Origin: an uncultured Candidatus Saccharibacteria bacterium
Lineage (GTDB): Bacteria; Patescibacteriota; Minisyncoccia; Minisyncoccales; PWPS01
DNA: 64,000 bases
Assembly: GCA_964507105.1 (NCBI GenBank)
Contig: CAZDOR010000003.1
Coordinates: forward strand, 15,011-79,010
Direction: 5' to 3'
Positions 46,193 to 55,911 of this stretch are shown piece by piece (position 1 is the stretch's first letter; each line of letters begins with the position of its first letter). The notes beneath the pieces are model-generated. The model ran no database searches. It saw only the letters and a list, made by a program, of their open reading frames with translations, and was not told the DNA's origin. The translations under genes were made by a program, and so were the position numbers.

Positions 46193-47294
46193 AGAAGCAC
46201 CTGATTATATTTTATTGATTTGTACGGGGCTAATAATCCTTCTCGGATTCGCTATTTTCACAAGTGTTTCAATGGCGAAAATAGCCGCTACTGAAGAAGC
46301 TCTTTCACGAAGTGATCTGTTTTTATTTATTATTCGTCAGTTCGTGTCCGGGCTTTTCCCCGGATTGTTGTTAGCTCTTTTTTTGTACAAAATACCCCTT
46401 GAGAAAATAAAAAAAATAGCTCCTTTTCTTCTTTTATTGAATATCATTTTAGTAGGTTTGGTTTTTGTTCCGGGCATGGGAGTTACTATAAGGGGAGCCA
46501 GAAGATGGTTGCAAATTGGACCGATCTCCTTTCAGCCAAGTGAATTTTTAAAGTTAACTTTTGTGCTTTATTTAGCAAGCTGGCTTTCAAGTAGAGACAA
46601 ATTAGAGAAAGAAAATATTTTTTCTGAAACTTTCATAGCTTTCGGAGCTGTTTGCGGACTAATAAGTGGCTTCATCATATCACAGCCCGATTTCAGCACA
46701 CTGGCGGTTATAATTTTGACTGGGTTCGTGATGTATTCGAGTTACAAAGCTCCCATAAAGCAAATTATAACGATTGCAGCAGCGGGGCTTTTTTCCGTTT
46801 TTGGATTTATAGTTCTTTCTCCATACAGATTGAAGCGAGTGGTTGATCTTTTAATTTCGGGATCCGATTCGCAAGGGCTCTCATACCAAGCGCATCAGGC
46901 ACTAATATCAATAGGGTCGGGTGGACTTTTTGGTTTGGGTTTCGGGATGAGCAATCAAAAGTATGGATTTATACCCTTTTCTATGAGTGATTCGATATTT
47001 GCAATTTATGCGGAAGAAGCGGGATTTATCGGAAGTTTACTTTTGGTTTCTCTTTTTCTCGTTTTTTTCTGGAGAGGCATAAAATTAGCGAAAGAAAATA
47101 AAGATTCTTTTTTCAGTTTAGTTGCTACGGGAATAAGTTTTTGGATTTTCTTTCAGGCTTTTGTTCATATAGGGTCAATGGCGGGAATTTTACCAATTAC
47201 CGGAATTCCGCTTCCCTTTATTAGTTATGGGCGCGCTCATCTGGTAACCGAACTTTCCGCTTTTGGCATTTTAATGAATATTTCAAAATCATAA
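46152..47294 (+). CDS. ftsW: FtsW/RodA (SEDS-family) peptidoglycan glycosyltransferase
   Basis: ARRWLQIGPISFQPSEFLKL, SDSIFAIYAEEAGFIG, GIPLPFISYG. The start may be a downstream Met; the ORF overlaps murD by 41 nt. Confidence 0.85.
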   Translation: MNSENMLKNMGKNREAPDYILLICTGLIILLGFAIFTSVSMAKIAATEEALSRSDLFLFIIRQFVSGLFPGLLLALFLYKIPLEKIKKIAPFLLLLNIILVGLVFVPGMGVTIRGARRWLQIGPISFQPSEFLKLTFVLYLASWLSSRDKLEKENIFSETFIAFGAVCGLISGFIISQPDFSTLAVIILTGFVMYSSYKAPIKQIITIAAAGLFSVFGFIVLSPYRLKRVVDLLISGSDSQGLSYQAHQALISIGSGGLFGLGFGMSNQKYGFIPFSMSDSIFAIYAEEAGFIGSLLLVSLFLVFFWRGIKLAKENKDSFFSLVATGISFWIFFQAFVHIGSMAGILPITGIPLPFISYGRAHLVTELSAFGILMNISKS

Positions 47295-47308
47295 TTTAAA
47301 ATAAAAAT

Positions 47309-48442
47309 ATGAAAAAAAGAAAAATAGTATTTACCGGTGGTGGTACGGGCGGGCATGTTTTCCCGCTGGTTTCCGTCATTCGTAATCTTAAAAAATCTTT
47401 TCCCGATGAACATAAGTTAGAACTTTATTACATAGCTCCCAAGGACAATATTCCGGATTTTAATTTTACTCAAGAAGGACTTAAGACCAAGTATATTTTT
47501 GCCGGAAAATTAAGGCGGTATGTGGACCCGATCTCAATTCTACTCAATTTAATTGATTTAATAAAAACTCCCATTGGGATAATTCAATCGATATTTCACC
47601 TCCTTGTTCTTAATCCCGATGTTATTTTTTCCAAAGGAGGATACGGGTCCGTGCCGGTTACTTTAGCTGCAAAAGTCATGCAGGTTCCCGTAATTCTTCA
47701 TGAGTCGGATGCAGCTCCCGGATTAGCCAACAAAATTGTTTCTCGTTTTGCAACCGAAGTTTTCGTCTCTTTTCAGGATACTATCGGAGTAAATCCCGGC
47801 AAAAAATTTGTTGTTGGAAATCCGATTCGTGAAGGTGTGCTGGATGGAAATGCCGGTCGAGCTAATCAGCGATTTGGGTTAATAGGGGGGAGGCCTACGA
47901 TATTGATAATGGGTGGCTCTCAAGGATCGGAAAGGATAAATGATACCGTTTTAGCAGTATTGAATGAATTTCTTGAAGATTTTGAAATTATTCATCAATG
48001 TGGAAGAAACAATATCAAGAAAATAAAAAAAGAAACAAGTTTGTTTCTTTCCAATAATAATCAAAAGTATTATCACCCGTATTCGTTTTTTGATGAAGAT
48101 CAAATGAAAGACGCTTATGCAGTCGCTGATTTAGTTGTTTCGCGAGCTGGAGCCGGTACGATCTTTGAAATTTTAGCTAATGAAAAGCCGAGCATTTTAA
48201 TTCCGCTTCCCGAAGCTGCACAAAATCATCAAGCAGAAAATGCGTATCGAATAGCAAAACACAACGCAACCCTTGTAATGGAGGAAGAAAATTTAACGCC
48301 TCACTTTTTTCTTGAAAATATAAAGTCATTGTTTGAACTTTCATATCGGCTTGAAGAAATGAAAAAAAATACTAAACGACTCAAAAAACCGGATGCTGGA
48401 AAGGTTTTATCAGCTTATCTAAAGGAGTTTTTACTTAGATGA
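47309..48442 (+). CDS. murG: undecaprenyldiphospho-muramoylpentapeptide beta-N-acetylglucosaminyltransferase
   Basis: VFTGGGTGGHVFP, GGSQGSERIN, SRAGAGTIFE, AENAY motifs. Confidence 0.9.
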   Translation: MKKRKIVFTGGGTGGHVFPLVSVIRNLKKSFPDEHKLELYYIAPKDNIPDFNFTQEGLKTKYIFAGKLRRYVDPISILLNLIDLIKTPIGIIQSIFHLLVLNPDVIFSKGGYGSVPVTLAAKVMQVPVILHESDAAPGLANKIVSRFATEVFVSFQDTIGVNPGKKFVVGNPIREGVLDGNAGRANQRFGLIGGRPTILIMGGSQGSERINDTVLAVLNEFLEDFEIIHQCGRNNIKKIKKETSLFLSNNNQKYYHPYSFFDEDQMKDAYAVADLVVSRAGAGTIFEILANEKPSILIPLPEAAQNHQAENAYRIAKHNATLVMEEENLTPHFFLENIKSLFELSYRLEEMKKNTKRLKKPDAGKVLSAYLKEFLLR

Positions 48443-48529
48443 TTTGACAAATAATTATAAAAGTTGTTTAAAATAATAAAATTAATTTTTCATAAGTAGC
48501 ATTGAAACAGGTAATGATTAGATTTAGGC

Positions 48530-48910
48530 ATGTTTAAAAAAATTATAATCACAATTATCGTAATAAGTTTCTTTTTTAGCCCAATAGTTTTTGTTAATGC
48601 CGATTCCGGGAGTAGGCGACCGATCAGTACCGCAACAGAAAACTTCTTTTTATTTTTTGAGAAGATGACCGATTCTTTTATGGATTTAATCAATAATATA
48701 GTTGATGAAATTGAATACAGACAAAAAGTTATAGAAGATGAAGTTGAGCAACGAAGAAAAAATTTCATTAATAGAATGATAGAAAAAATAAGTGAGTTTG
48801 CGGCTTCTTTGGTTGATAGAATAAATCGGGCAATTAGTGAGCTTTTCAGGAGCATCTTTATTGGAACTGAAAAAGAGGGGAGTGTTGACTATTGGAAGGT
48901 TAGGGTATAG
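48530..48910 (+). CDS. hypothetical exported helical protein
   Basis: Signal peptide (IIITIIVISFFFSPIVFVNA/DSG), then an amphipathic helical sequence. Preferred over the fully overlapping antisense ORF 48490-48855. Confidence 0.45.
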   Translation: MFKKIIITIIVISFFFSPIVFVNADSGSRRPISTATENFFLFFEKMTDSFMDLINNIVDEIEYRQKVIEDEVEQRRKNFINRMIEKISEFAASLVDRINRAISELFRSIFIGTEKEGSVDYWKVRV

Positions 48911-48923
48911 TATTATAAATAAG

Positions 48924-48955
48924 AAACTTCGCATAATGTAACTTTATCGAAGTTT
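48924..48955. repeat. perfect 8-bp inverted repeat with a 16-nt loop upstream of the Xer recombinase gene
   Basis: AAACTTCG (48924-48931) and CGAAGTTT (48948-48955). No convincing T-run, so its function is unclear. Confidence 0.5.
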
Positions 48956-48986
48956 AGGTACAAAAATTAGCTTTCTCCACTAACCT

Positions 48987-49961
48987 ATGAAAAAATCAAA
49001 AAAACCGATACCGGATCACTTTGAAGAATTTTTTCAATATTTGGATATTGAAAGAGGCCTCTCTCCAAGTTCCCAAGAAACTTATCGAAGATTCCTCTCT
49101 CGTTTTCGTGAATGGTTAGAGACTTCTGATAATTCGGATATCCTTCCCCATGAATTAACTGATAAGCATATTTGGAATTATCGAGTATATTTATCCAAAC
49201 AAATGAATCATAAAAATGAGCCGATAAGTAAAAAAACCAGAAACTATTACCTTATAGCGGTAAGAAATTTACTCAATTTTTTTGCTGATCGTGATATTGA
49301 TTCTCTTCCTGCGGAAAAAGTTAAATTAACTAAAGAAAAAGATAATAACTCTCTTAATTTTTTGAACTTGGATCAAATTAAAAAACTTTTAAATGCTCCG
49401 AGTCAAGAAAAAATAACCGGAATTAGAAATAAAGCGATACTGGAAACTCTTTTTTCAACAGGACTAAGAGTTTCCGAGCTGGTTGGGCTTGATCGTGACC
49501 AAATAAATATTAGCCAAAAAATCGAAGACTTGGAAGTTGTAGTTACCGGCAAGGGAGATCAAACAAGAACAGTCTATTTTTCACCCAGATCAATAAAAGC
49601 AATAAAAAAATATCTTTTTGCTCGAAAAGATGATGAGAAGGCGTTATTTATTCGATATCGGGGACCCAAAACTGGAAACCGAAGATTGTCTGTTCGGTCG
49701 ATTGAAAATATAGTGAAAAAATATGTGAAGAAAACGGGACTTCCCAAAAATACGACACCACATACTTTACGGCACAGCTATGCTACTGATCTTTTAGCTC
49801 AAGGTGTTGATTTAAGAGTCATTCAAGAATTTTTGGGGCATAAGAATATTGCCACCACCCAGGTTTATACCCATATCACCAGCAAGAAACTTCGTGAAAT
49901 ACATAAAAAATATCATAGTGGTCAAAATCTTGAAAATAAGGATAAAAATAACGAGGAATAA
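48987..49961 (+). CDS. tyrosine recombinase XerC/XerD family
   Basis: N-terminal SAM-like domain, catalytic TGLRVSELVGL (R), HTLRHSYATDLL (HxxR), LGHKNIATTQVYTHI (Y). Confidence 0.85.
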   Translation: MKKSKKPIPDHFEEFFQYLDIERGLSPSSQETYRRFLSRFREWLETSDNSDILPHELTDKHIWNYRVYLSKQMNHKNEPISKKTRNYYLIAVRNLLNFFADRDIDSLPAEKVKLTKEKDNNSLNFLNLDQIKKLLNAPSQEKITGIRNKAILETLFSTGLRVSELVGLDRDQINISQKIEDLEVVVTGKGDQTRTVYFSPRSIKAIKKYLFARKDDEKALFIRYRGPKTGNRRLSVRSIENIVKKYVKKTGLPKNTTPHTLRHSYATDLLAQGVDLRVIQEFLGHKNIATTQVYTHITSKKLREIHKKYHSGQNLENKDKNNEE

Positions 49962-50012
49962 CCCCTATCGCAAAATTAAATTTCTCTAATCGGCTCTCAG
50001 CCCCCCTTGTAC

Positions 50013-50210
50013 TTAAAAAAGTAGTTTTTTATAATTATTTTGGCTAATTTCCGGAGGATCTTCTATTTCTAATTCTTCACTTTCCAGTTCTCGAGAAATC
50101 CATCCGACCATGTAAAATAGACTGGCAACCAAAGCGATTACAGTCAGCCAAAAAACAGTATCTTTTTTGACAATATTAATAAATTCTGTTAATATTGATT
50201 TTAGTTTCAT
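50013..50210 (-). CDS. doubtful small membrane protein
   Basis: 65-aa ORF with one TM-like helix. Its 5' third contains the best rpmA promoter on the opposite strand, and only 15 bp separate the two start codons. Confidence 0.25.
   Translation of the reverse strand: MKLKSILTEFINIVKKDTVFWLTVIALVASLFYMVGWISRELESEELEIEDPPEISQNNYKKLLF
50167..50195 (+). promoter_or_regulatory. sigma70 promoter of rpmA
   Basis: TTGACA-17 nt-TAATAT. An AAGGA SD lies 10 nt before the ATG at 50226. Confidence 0.6.
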
Positions 50211-50225
50211 AAGGATAAAAAGTTT

Positions 50226-50498
50226 ATGGCAACAACAAAATCAGCGGGAACAACAAGATTGGGACGTGATTCTAACCCAAAATATTTGGGTGTAAAAGTT
50301 TTTGGTGGACAGGAAGTCAAGCCCGGATCAATTATTGTACGACAACGAGGAACTAAATTCGTTCCCGGCAAGAATGTTAAACGTGGCAGGGATGATACTA
50401 TTTATGCGGTTAAAAAAGGGACTGTTGAATTCAGAACCAAAACAAAAAAAAGATTTGACGGAAAACGAAAAAAAGTTAAAGTGATTAACGTTCTTTAG
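50226..50498 (+). CDS. rpmA: 50S ribosomal protein L27
   Basis: [47 protein letters not shown]. 90 aa. Confidence 0.9.
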   Translation: MATTKSAGTTRLGRDSNPKYLGVKVFGGQEVKPGSIIVRQRGTKFVPGKNVKRGRDDTIYAVKKGTVEFRTKTKKRFDGKRKKVKVINVL

Positions 50499-52101
50499 CT
50501 TTATTTAAGAATTCTTTAAAAAGTGGGTGTGGGTTAAACGGTTTTGATTTGAATTCCGGATGAAATTGAGTGCCGACAAAAAACGGATGATCATTCAATT
50601 CAATAATCTCAACTAAATCACTTTTTGGATTTTTTCCGGCCAATGTTAAGCCGGATTTTTTTAGTTTTTGAGAGTAATTACTATTGAATTCATATCGGTG
50701 TCGATGACGTTCTTCAATTTTTTTCTTTTCGTAAGCCCTATGAGAAGTTGTTCCTTCCTTTATTTCACATTCATAATTTCCGAGCCGCATAGTTCCGCCA
50801 AAAAGATTGTTGTCTACCAACCTTTTTTGTTTTTCCATTATGTCGATTACCGGCTCTTGACAATTCTTATCAAATTCAGTAGAGTTTGCTGAAATACCAA
50901 CAACGTTTCTGGAAAATTCAATTACAGCTAATTGTAATCCGAGACAAAGCCCCAAGAAGGGTATTTTTTTCTCTCGGCAGAATTGTATGGTTTTGATCTT
51001 TCCTTCCACTCCCCTATTTCCGAACCCTCCGGGAACTATTACCCCGTCATACTTCTTCAAATTTTTTATTTTTTCTGGATTTTTTTCATAATTTTCTGAA
51101 AAAATCCAATCTATATCTGCATTTACATCAACCTGCCAAGAAGCATGCCGGACAGCTTCGATGACGGATATATACGAATCGGTTAGTGTAAATTTTCCGG
51201 TTTCGAAATATTTTCCGACTATACCTATTTTTAGGTCCTCCCCCCTACTTTCTTGTTTTTTAAGGAGTTTTTTCCAGCTGGATAAACTTTCTTTTGTGTT
51301 TTTTATTTTGAATTTCTTTAAAATTTTTTCACCCAAGTTCTCTTTTTCAAAATTAATCGGAACTTTGTATATTGAATCAACATCTGGAGCCGATATTACG
51401 AATTTTTTTTCTATATTGCAAAAATTAGATATCTTTTTTCGTCTCGGGGAATCCAATTTCGTCTTTGCTCGTCCTAAAATTATATCCGGCTGAATTCCCG
51501 CTTCATTTAATCTTCTTGATGCATTTTGAGTGGGTTTGGTTTTCATTTCTCCGATTGTTTCCGGAGTTGGCAAATAACTCACTAAAACGAAAAGAACCTT
51601 TTCAGGTTCGTTTAGTTTCATCATTCGAGCTGCTTCGAGAAAAAGTAAATTTTGATACTCTCCTATGGTTCCTCCTATTTCAATCAAGGTGAAGTCCGAC
51701 CCGTCTTCTTTCCCCGCTTTTTCTATTCTTCTTATAGTCTCCTCCGGTATGTCGGGAACTACTTCTACACATCGACCATCATACCCGAGATTTCTTTCTT
51801 TTTCTATAACCGATTTATAAACTTTTCCTGTGGTTATATAATTTTTTTTGGTAAATTCCCTATTTAAAAAACGTTCATAGTTTCCTATATCTTGATCGCA
51901 CTCTCCTCCGTCTTTGGTGACAAAAACCTCTCCGTGCTCTACCGGATTCATGGTTCCCGCATCGACATTTACATACGGATCAATTTTTACTGCCGATACT
52001 TCATAACCTCTACTTTTCAAAATTCTGCCTATCGATGCAGTTGCAACTCCCTTACCGATACCGGACATAACACCGCCGGCCACGAAAATATATTTACTCA
52101 T
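50485..52101 (-). CDS. pyrG: CTP synthase
   Basis: [18 protein letters not shown], and a glutaminase domain with GLCLGLQ and HRHRYEFN. 538 aa. Confidence 0.95.
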   Translation of the reverse strand: MSKYIFVAGGVMSGIGKGVATASIGRILKSRGYEVSAVKIDPYVNVDAGTMNPVEHGEVFVTKDGGECDQDIGNYERFLNREFTKKNYITTGKVYKSVIEKERNLGYDGRCVEVVPDIPEETIRRIEKAGKEDGSDFTLIEIGGTIGEYQNLLFLEAARMMKLNEPEKVLFVLVSYLPTPETIGEMKTKPTQNASRRLNEAGIQPDIILGRAKTKLDSPRRKKISNFCNIEKKFVISAPDVDSIYKVPINFEKENLGEKILKKFKIKNTKESLSSWKKLLKKQESRGEDLKIGIVGKYFETGKFTLTDSYISVIEAVRHASWQVDVNADIDWIFSENYEKNPEKIKNLKKYDGVIVPGGFGNRGVEGKIKTIQFCREKKIPFLGLCLGLQLAVIEFSRNVVGISANSTEFDKNCQEPVIDIMEKQKRLVDNNLFGGTMRLGNYECEIKEGTTSHRAYEKKKIEERHRHRYEFNSNYSQKLKKSGLTLAGKNPKSDLVEIIELNDHPFFVGTQFHPEFKSKPFNPHPLFKEFLNKAKER

Positions 52102-52545
52102 TTATTCTTCTTCAATTTTTATTTTTACTGTGGTTTTTGCTCCGTAATCAAATTCAATCCCGACATCCCTTTCGGTTAATTGCTTTATAGGTTCATTGAG
52201 TATGATCTGTTTTTCTGAAATATCGAAACCTTCTTCTTTCATTTTTTCACTTATCTTCTTCGAATTTACCGATTGAAAAAGCTGATTTTTATCTCCGACC
52301 TTCATTTTGATGGTAAACTTTTTACCCTTTAGCTTTTCAATGGTCTGTTCAATTTTCTTCTCTTCTTTCTTCTTTCTCTCCTTTTCTTTCTCCTTTTTTT
52401 CTTCCAATGATTTCAAAACACCTTCCGTTGCAATTTTCGCTTTATCTTGAGGAAGTAAAAAATTCCTTGCATATCCGTCAGCTACCTCCACTATTTCGTA
52501 TTTTCCTCCTAATTTTTTGATATTTTCCAGTAATATTACTTTCAT
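52102..52545 (-). CDS. rplI: 50S ribosomal protein L9
   Basis: MKVILLENIKKLGGKYEIVEVADGYARNFLLPQDKA. 147 aa. Confidence 0.9.
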   Translation of the reverse strand: MKVILLENIKKLGGKYEIVEVADGYARNFLLPQDKAKIATEGVLKSLEEKKEKEKERKKKEEKKIEQTIEKLKGKKFTIKMKVGDKNQLFQSVNSKKISEKMKEEGFDISEKQIILNEPIKQLTERDVGIEFDYGAKTTVKIKIEEE

Positions 52546-52549
52546 GGTT

Positions 52550-53713
52550 TTAGTTCTTTAAAATTTCAATTGCCTTATCCAATTGAGGGTCTTCTTCTTT
52601 TTCAAAATTTTCATCGGTTATTTCAACTTCATAATCCGGAATTATGCCTTTATCCGTAATTAGAGTTCCTTCCGGAGTTACCCAGTTCGAAACAGTCACT
52701 TTAAGATTGGACATGTCCGAAAGATTTATCAGTGATTGAATTGAACCCTTGCCAAAAGAAGGTTTTCCGACAATGCGTGCCTCGTTGTGGTATCTTAAAG
52801 ATTCAGCCATTATTTCCGAGGCGGAAGCGGAGCCTTCGTTAATTAAAACAACCAATTCATGATTAAAAGTTACCGAACTGCTCTCTGCTTCATAAACGGT
52901 TTGTATTTCTCCGTCCGCCCCTTGACTTTTCACTATAACGTCACCTCGATCCAGAAAAAACTTAGCAACTTCCAGAGCGGAGTCAAGTGCGCCCCCGGGA
53001 TTGCTTCTCAAATCCAAAATCATTTTGTCCTTGTTCAGAGCAGAAATTTCCGGCACTATTTTGTTGAATTCGGAAGTTAGATCTTGATGAAAATAATGTA
53101 TCTGCAAATATACTATTTCTTCCTCCAAAAGCTCCCAGTCGACGGATGGAACTTGTATCTCCGCCCTGGTCAGGTTGTAGTCATATGTTTGATTATTTCT
53201 TCCGATTACGAGCGAAACGTCCGTTCCCTCTTCCCCCCTCATTTTATCCACGGCTTCCTCCAGAGACATTTCAACAGTTGATTCATTTTCAATCTCCAAT
53301 ATTATATCTCCGGATCTTATTCCGGCCCTGCTGGCGGGAGTGCCGTCCAAAGGAGAAATAACTCTCAATTCACCGTTTCTGATACCGACCTCCATTCCGA
53401 CTCCTCCGTATTGACCGGAAACATCGTCAAGGAATTCCTTACTTTCTTTTTGGTCGTAAAAACTGGTATGAGGGTCATCCAGTGAATCCACCATGCCTCT
53501 TATTGCTCCGTGAACTATTTCTTCATCATCTATTTGTTCCGAATCTACGTAATTATCCTTTAGGCGATTATAGGCTTCCCAAAAAAGAGAAAAATCAAGT
53601 TCATCATCAGGGTTGGTGATTGTAGCTTCTTCGACACCGACATAATACCCCGAGGTGAATGCTACAACCAGAATAGCAGCTAGTATTAATATTTTTATAA
53701 GTTTCTTTTTCAT
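52550..53713 (-). CDS. ctp: carboxy-terminal processing peptidase (S41)
   Basis: Signal anchor, PDZ region (GTPASRAGIRSGDIILEIE), LDLRSNPGG, NEGSASASEI (catalytic Ser), GKPSFGKG (Lys). Confidence 0.85.
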   Translation of the reverse strand: MKKKLIKILILAAILVVAFTSGYYVGVEEATITNPDDELDFSLFWEAYNRLKDNYVDSEQIDDEEIVHGAIRGMVDSLDDPHTSFYDQKESKEFLDDVSGQYGGVGMEVGIRNGELRVISPLDGTPASRAGIRSGDIILEIENESTVEMSLEEAVDKMRGEEGTDVSLVIGRNNQTYDYNLTRAEIQVPSVDWELLEEEIVYLQIHYFHQDLTSEFNKIVPEISALNKDKMILDLRSNPGGALDSALEVAKFFLDRGDVIVKSQGADGEIQTVYEAESSSVTFNHELVVLINEGSASASEIMAESLRYHNEARIVGKPSFGKGSIQSLINLSDMSNLKVTVSNWVTPEGTLITDKGIIPDYEVEITDENFEKEEDPQLDKAIEILKN

Positions 53714-53774
53714 ATTCTTTGATTAGAATACCATATTTTAGCCCTTTTTTAAAGTTTTGGCTATTTCAGTTTAT

Positions 53775-54689
53775 TTACTTATTTTGTGAAAATTTTTCGA
53801 TTTCTTTTAAAACCCAGTCGTCCTTTTGCCTAAAATCACAGACTACGGAATTCATTTCTTCAGACACTCTATCAATTATTGAACTTATTTTTTCGATTTC
53901 AGCAACCAGGTCGTCATTTATTTTTTCATGATTTCTTTTATAAAAATCAAGTTGATTTTGAATTTGCTTTAAGAATATTTTTTTAATTGAATTATTTTCC
54001 AGCTTTTTCATTTTTTCTCTTCCTTCATCGGGGCTTCTGTCTCGAGCACTTAAGTATTCGGCAAACTCTTCGAATAGATCGTTTGCATTTTTATAACCCA
54101 AACCGGCAGCCATCGGAATTACTGACTGTAAACGGCCGTGCGGATATTCTCCCGATTCGTCAACAAATTGACCCTGGAAATATTTTACTTGAAATTCTTT
54201 ATTTTCATCGGTTACTTTCTTGTAGCATCTTTTTAATTTTTCTTTTATCCCGGCTACGTTTAAAGAAGCATCTATAGCCAATGCACTTTTTTCTATTGAT
54301 TCCGGGGTTTTGAATTCAATTATTATGTCGATTCCGTTTACAACGTCGTCAAATCGGGTTGTTCTTTGAGTAATAACCTCAATATCATCCGTTTCGAACC
54401 ACCTATCCAAAAGATCAGCTAACACTATCTCCATCGCCTCGCCTCTTTTTCGGCTCATTTCCAGCTCTTTTCTTTCATCCGGAGAAAGCTCAGCATCCTT
54501 TTTTTTAAATTTAGCTTCGGTTGATTTTAATTTCTTTTTATCCTTTTCAACTTCTTCTTCCGTATAATTTTTTAATTTTTTAAAGTGATCCAATGATATG
54601 TGATCGGGACCGACCGAAGAAGTTATTTTCTCCACGCTCAAGTCTGTGTCTCTCTTATTCAGTTCGGGGCTTGTTTCAGGGTTCAACAT
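53775..54689 (-). CDS. hypothetical protein with a possible PD-(D/E)XK-like core
   Basis: 304 aa. Overlaps the methylthiotransferase gene by 14 nt. RFDDVVNGIDIIIEFK gives D-x11-E-x-K after a helix containing Glu. Helical C-terminal half. Confidence 0.6.
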   Translation of the reverse strand: MLNPETSPELNKRDTDLSVEKITSSVGPDHISLDHFKKLKNYTEEEVEKDKKKLKSTEAKFKKKDAELSPDERKELEMSRKRGEAMEIVLADLLDRWFETDDIEVITQRTTRFDDVVNGIDIIIEFKTPESIEKSALAIDASLNVAGIKEKLKRCYKKVTDENKEFQVKYFQGQFVDESGEYPHGRLQSVIPMAAGLGYKNANDLFEEFAEYLSARDRSPDEGREKMKKLENNSIKKIFLKQIQNQLDFYKRNHEKINDDLVAEIEKISSIIDRVSEEMNSVVCDFRQKDDWVLKEIEKFSQNK

Positions 54690-55911
54690 TACCGATTAAA
54701 TAATTATGTTTGTAATCTACGATTTTTATATCCTCTATTTTCCCGATTTTTCCTTCGGGCAAAACGACCGCTTTTCCATTGAAAATTCTTGCTAACTTCG
54801 TTTCTTTTTTTCCTTTTTTGTAAATCAAGGCTCGAAACTTTTTTCCGACCATCTTCTGGTTATCCGCCAACCTTATTTCTTTACCGAGCTCTGTAAGTTT
54901 TCTGGATCGCTCTTTTTTTATTTTGCTGGGCATATCTTTCAGTTTAGAAGCGGGAGTCCCTTTTCTTTCCGAATATCTGGTTATGTTAATTATATGGGGT
55001 CGCGTCCTTTTTATCAACTCAATTGTTTTTTTAAAATCCTTTTCGGTTTCTCCCGGAAAACCTACTATTATATCCGTTGCAAGTAAAAAATCTTTATGTT
55101 GGTCCCGGATTGAATCCGCAATTTCTACAAAATCTACTACGGAATGATTTCTATTCATTTTTTTTAAAGTTGAAATACTCCCCGATTGAACTGGAATATG
55201 CAGAAATTTATACAGTCTATCGTCTTTAAACAAAGAAAGAAATTCATTCATTGATTCTTTTATGTGACCGGGATTCATCATTCCCAATTTTAATTTAAAA
55301 TCATTATCTATTCTTAATATTTTTTCTACCAAATTAATTAAAGAGGTTTTTTCAAGATCTATTCCGTATACTCCCAAATCCTGAGATGTTAATTGTATTT
55401 CCTTGGCTCCTTTTTTTAATTCTTCTCGTACTACCTTCACTATTTCCTTTGCCGGATAGCTATTCAATTTTCCTCTGGCTATTTTAGCACTGCAGTAGCT
55501 ACAGCTTCCCAAACAGCCGGTTGAGGCCGGTATGATTACGGATGCACTCTCTTTCTTTCTTATGGTAGAAATTTTTTTTCTGACATCGGATTTTAAAGAA
55601 CAGAGCTCAGACAACTTCAACCGAAATATTTCGGGGTTATTCCCTTTCATTGCAATGTCGACTTCTTTTTCCACATTTTCGTTTATCGACGGCAAACAAC
55701 CCGTAATCATAACTTTTTTATTTCTACTCTTCCATTTTTTTATTTCTTTTAAAATTTTTCTTTCCGTCTTGTTTATTATTCCGCAACTGTTTATTATTAT
55801 CAGTTCAGCATTTTCCGGCTTAACGTGGTTAAGATCCCGTAAAACTTTTTTTAGGTTGCCAGTTTCCGCCTGATTTAATTTGCAGCCGTAAGTCTTTATT
55901 GCGTAATTCAT
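54676..55911 (-). CDS. mtaB: radical SAM methylthiotransferase, MtaB-like (MiaB/RimO family)
   Basis: UPF0004 N-domain YAIKTYGCKLNQAET..INSCG, radical SAM CLGSCSYC, C-terminal TRAM-like domain. The 411-aa size and the GCKxNQ motif favour MtaB over MiaB/RimO. Confidence 0.7.
   Translation of the reverse strand: MNYAIKTYGCKLNQAETGNLKKVLRDLNHVKPENAELIIINSCGIINKTERKILKEIKKWKSRNKKVMITGCLPSINENVEKEVDIAMKGNNPEIFRLKLSELCSLKSDVRKKISTIRKKESASVIIPASTGCLGSCSYCSAKIARGKLNSYPAKEIVKVVREELKKGAKEIQLTSQDLGVYGIDLEKTSLINLVEKILRIDNDFKLKLGMMNPGHIKESMNEFLSLFKDDRLYKFLHIPVQSGSISTLKKMNRNHSVVDFVEIADSIRDQHKDFLLATDIIVGFPGETEKDFKKTIELIKRTRPHIINITRYSERKGTPASKLKDMPSKIKKERSRKLTELGKEIRLADNQKMVGKKFRALIYKKGKKETKLARIFNGKAVVLPEGKIGKIEDIKIVDYKHNYLIGNVEP

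Noticed and set aside
48490-48855. 121-aa minus-strand ORF overlapping the 126-aa plus-strand ORF
   Set aside because: Only one of the two can reasonably be real. The plus-strand product has a clean signal peptide and amphipathic helices. The minus-strand product is Ile/Leu/Ser/Phe low-complexity sequence with no start context.
50668-52179. Five 71-110-aa plus-strand ORFs opposite pyrG
   Set aside because: They are antisense to a full-length, highly conserved CTP synthase, and their translations are low-complexity.
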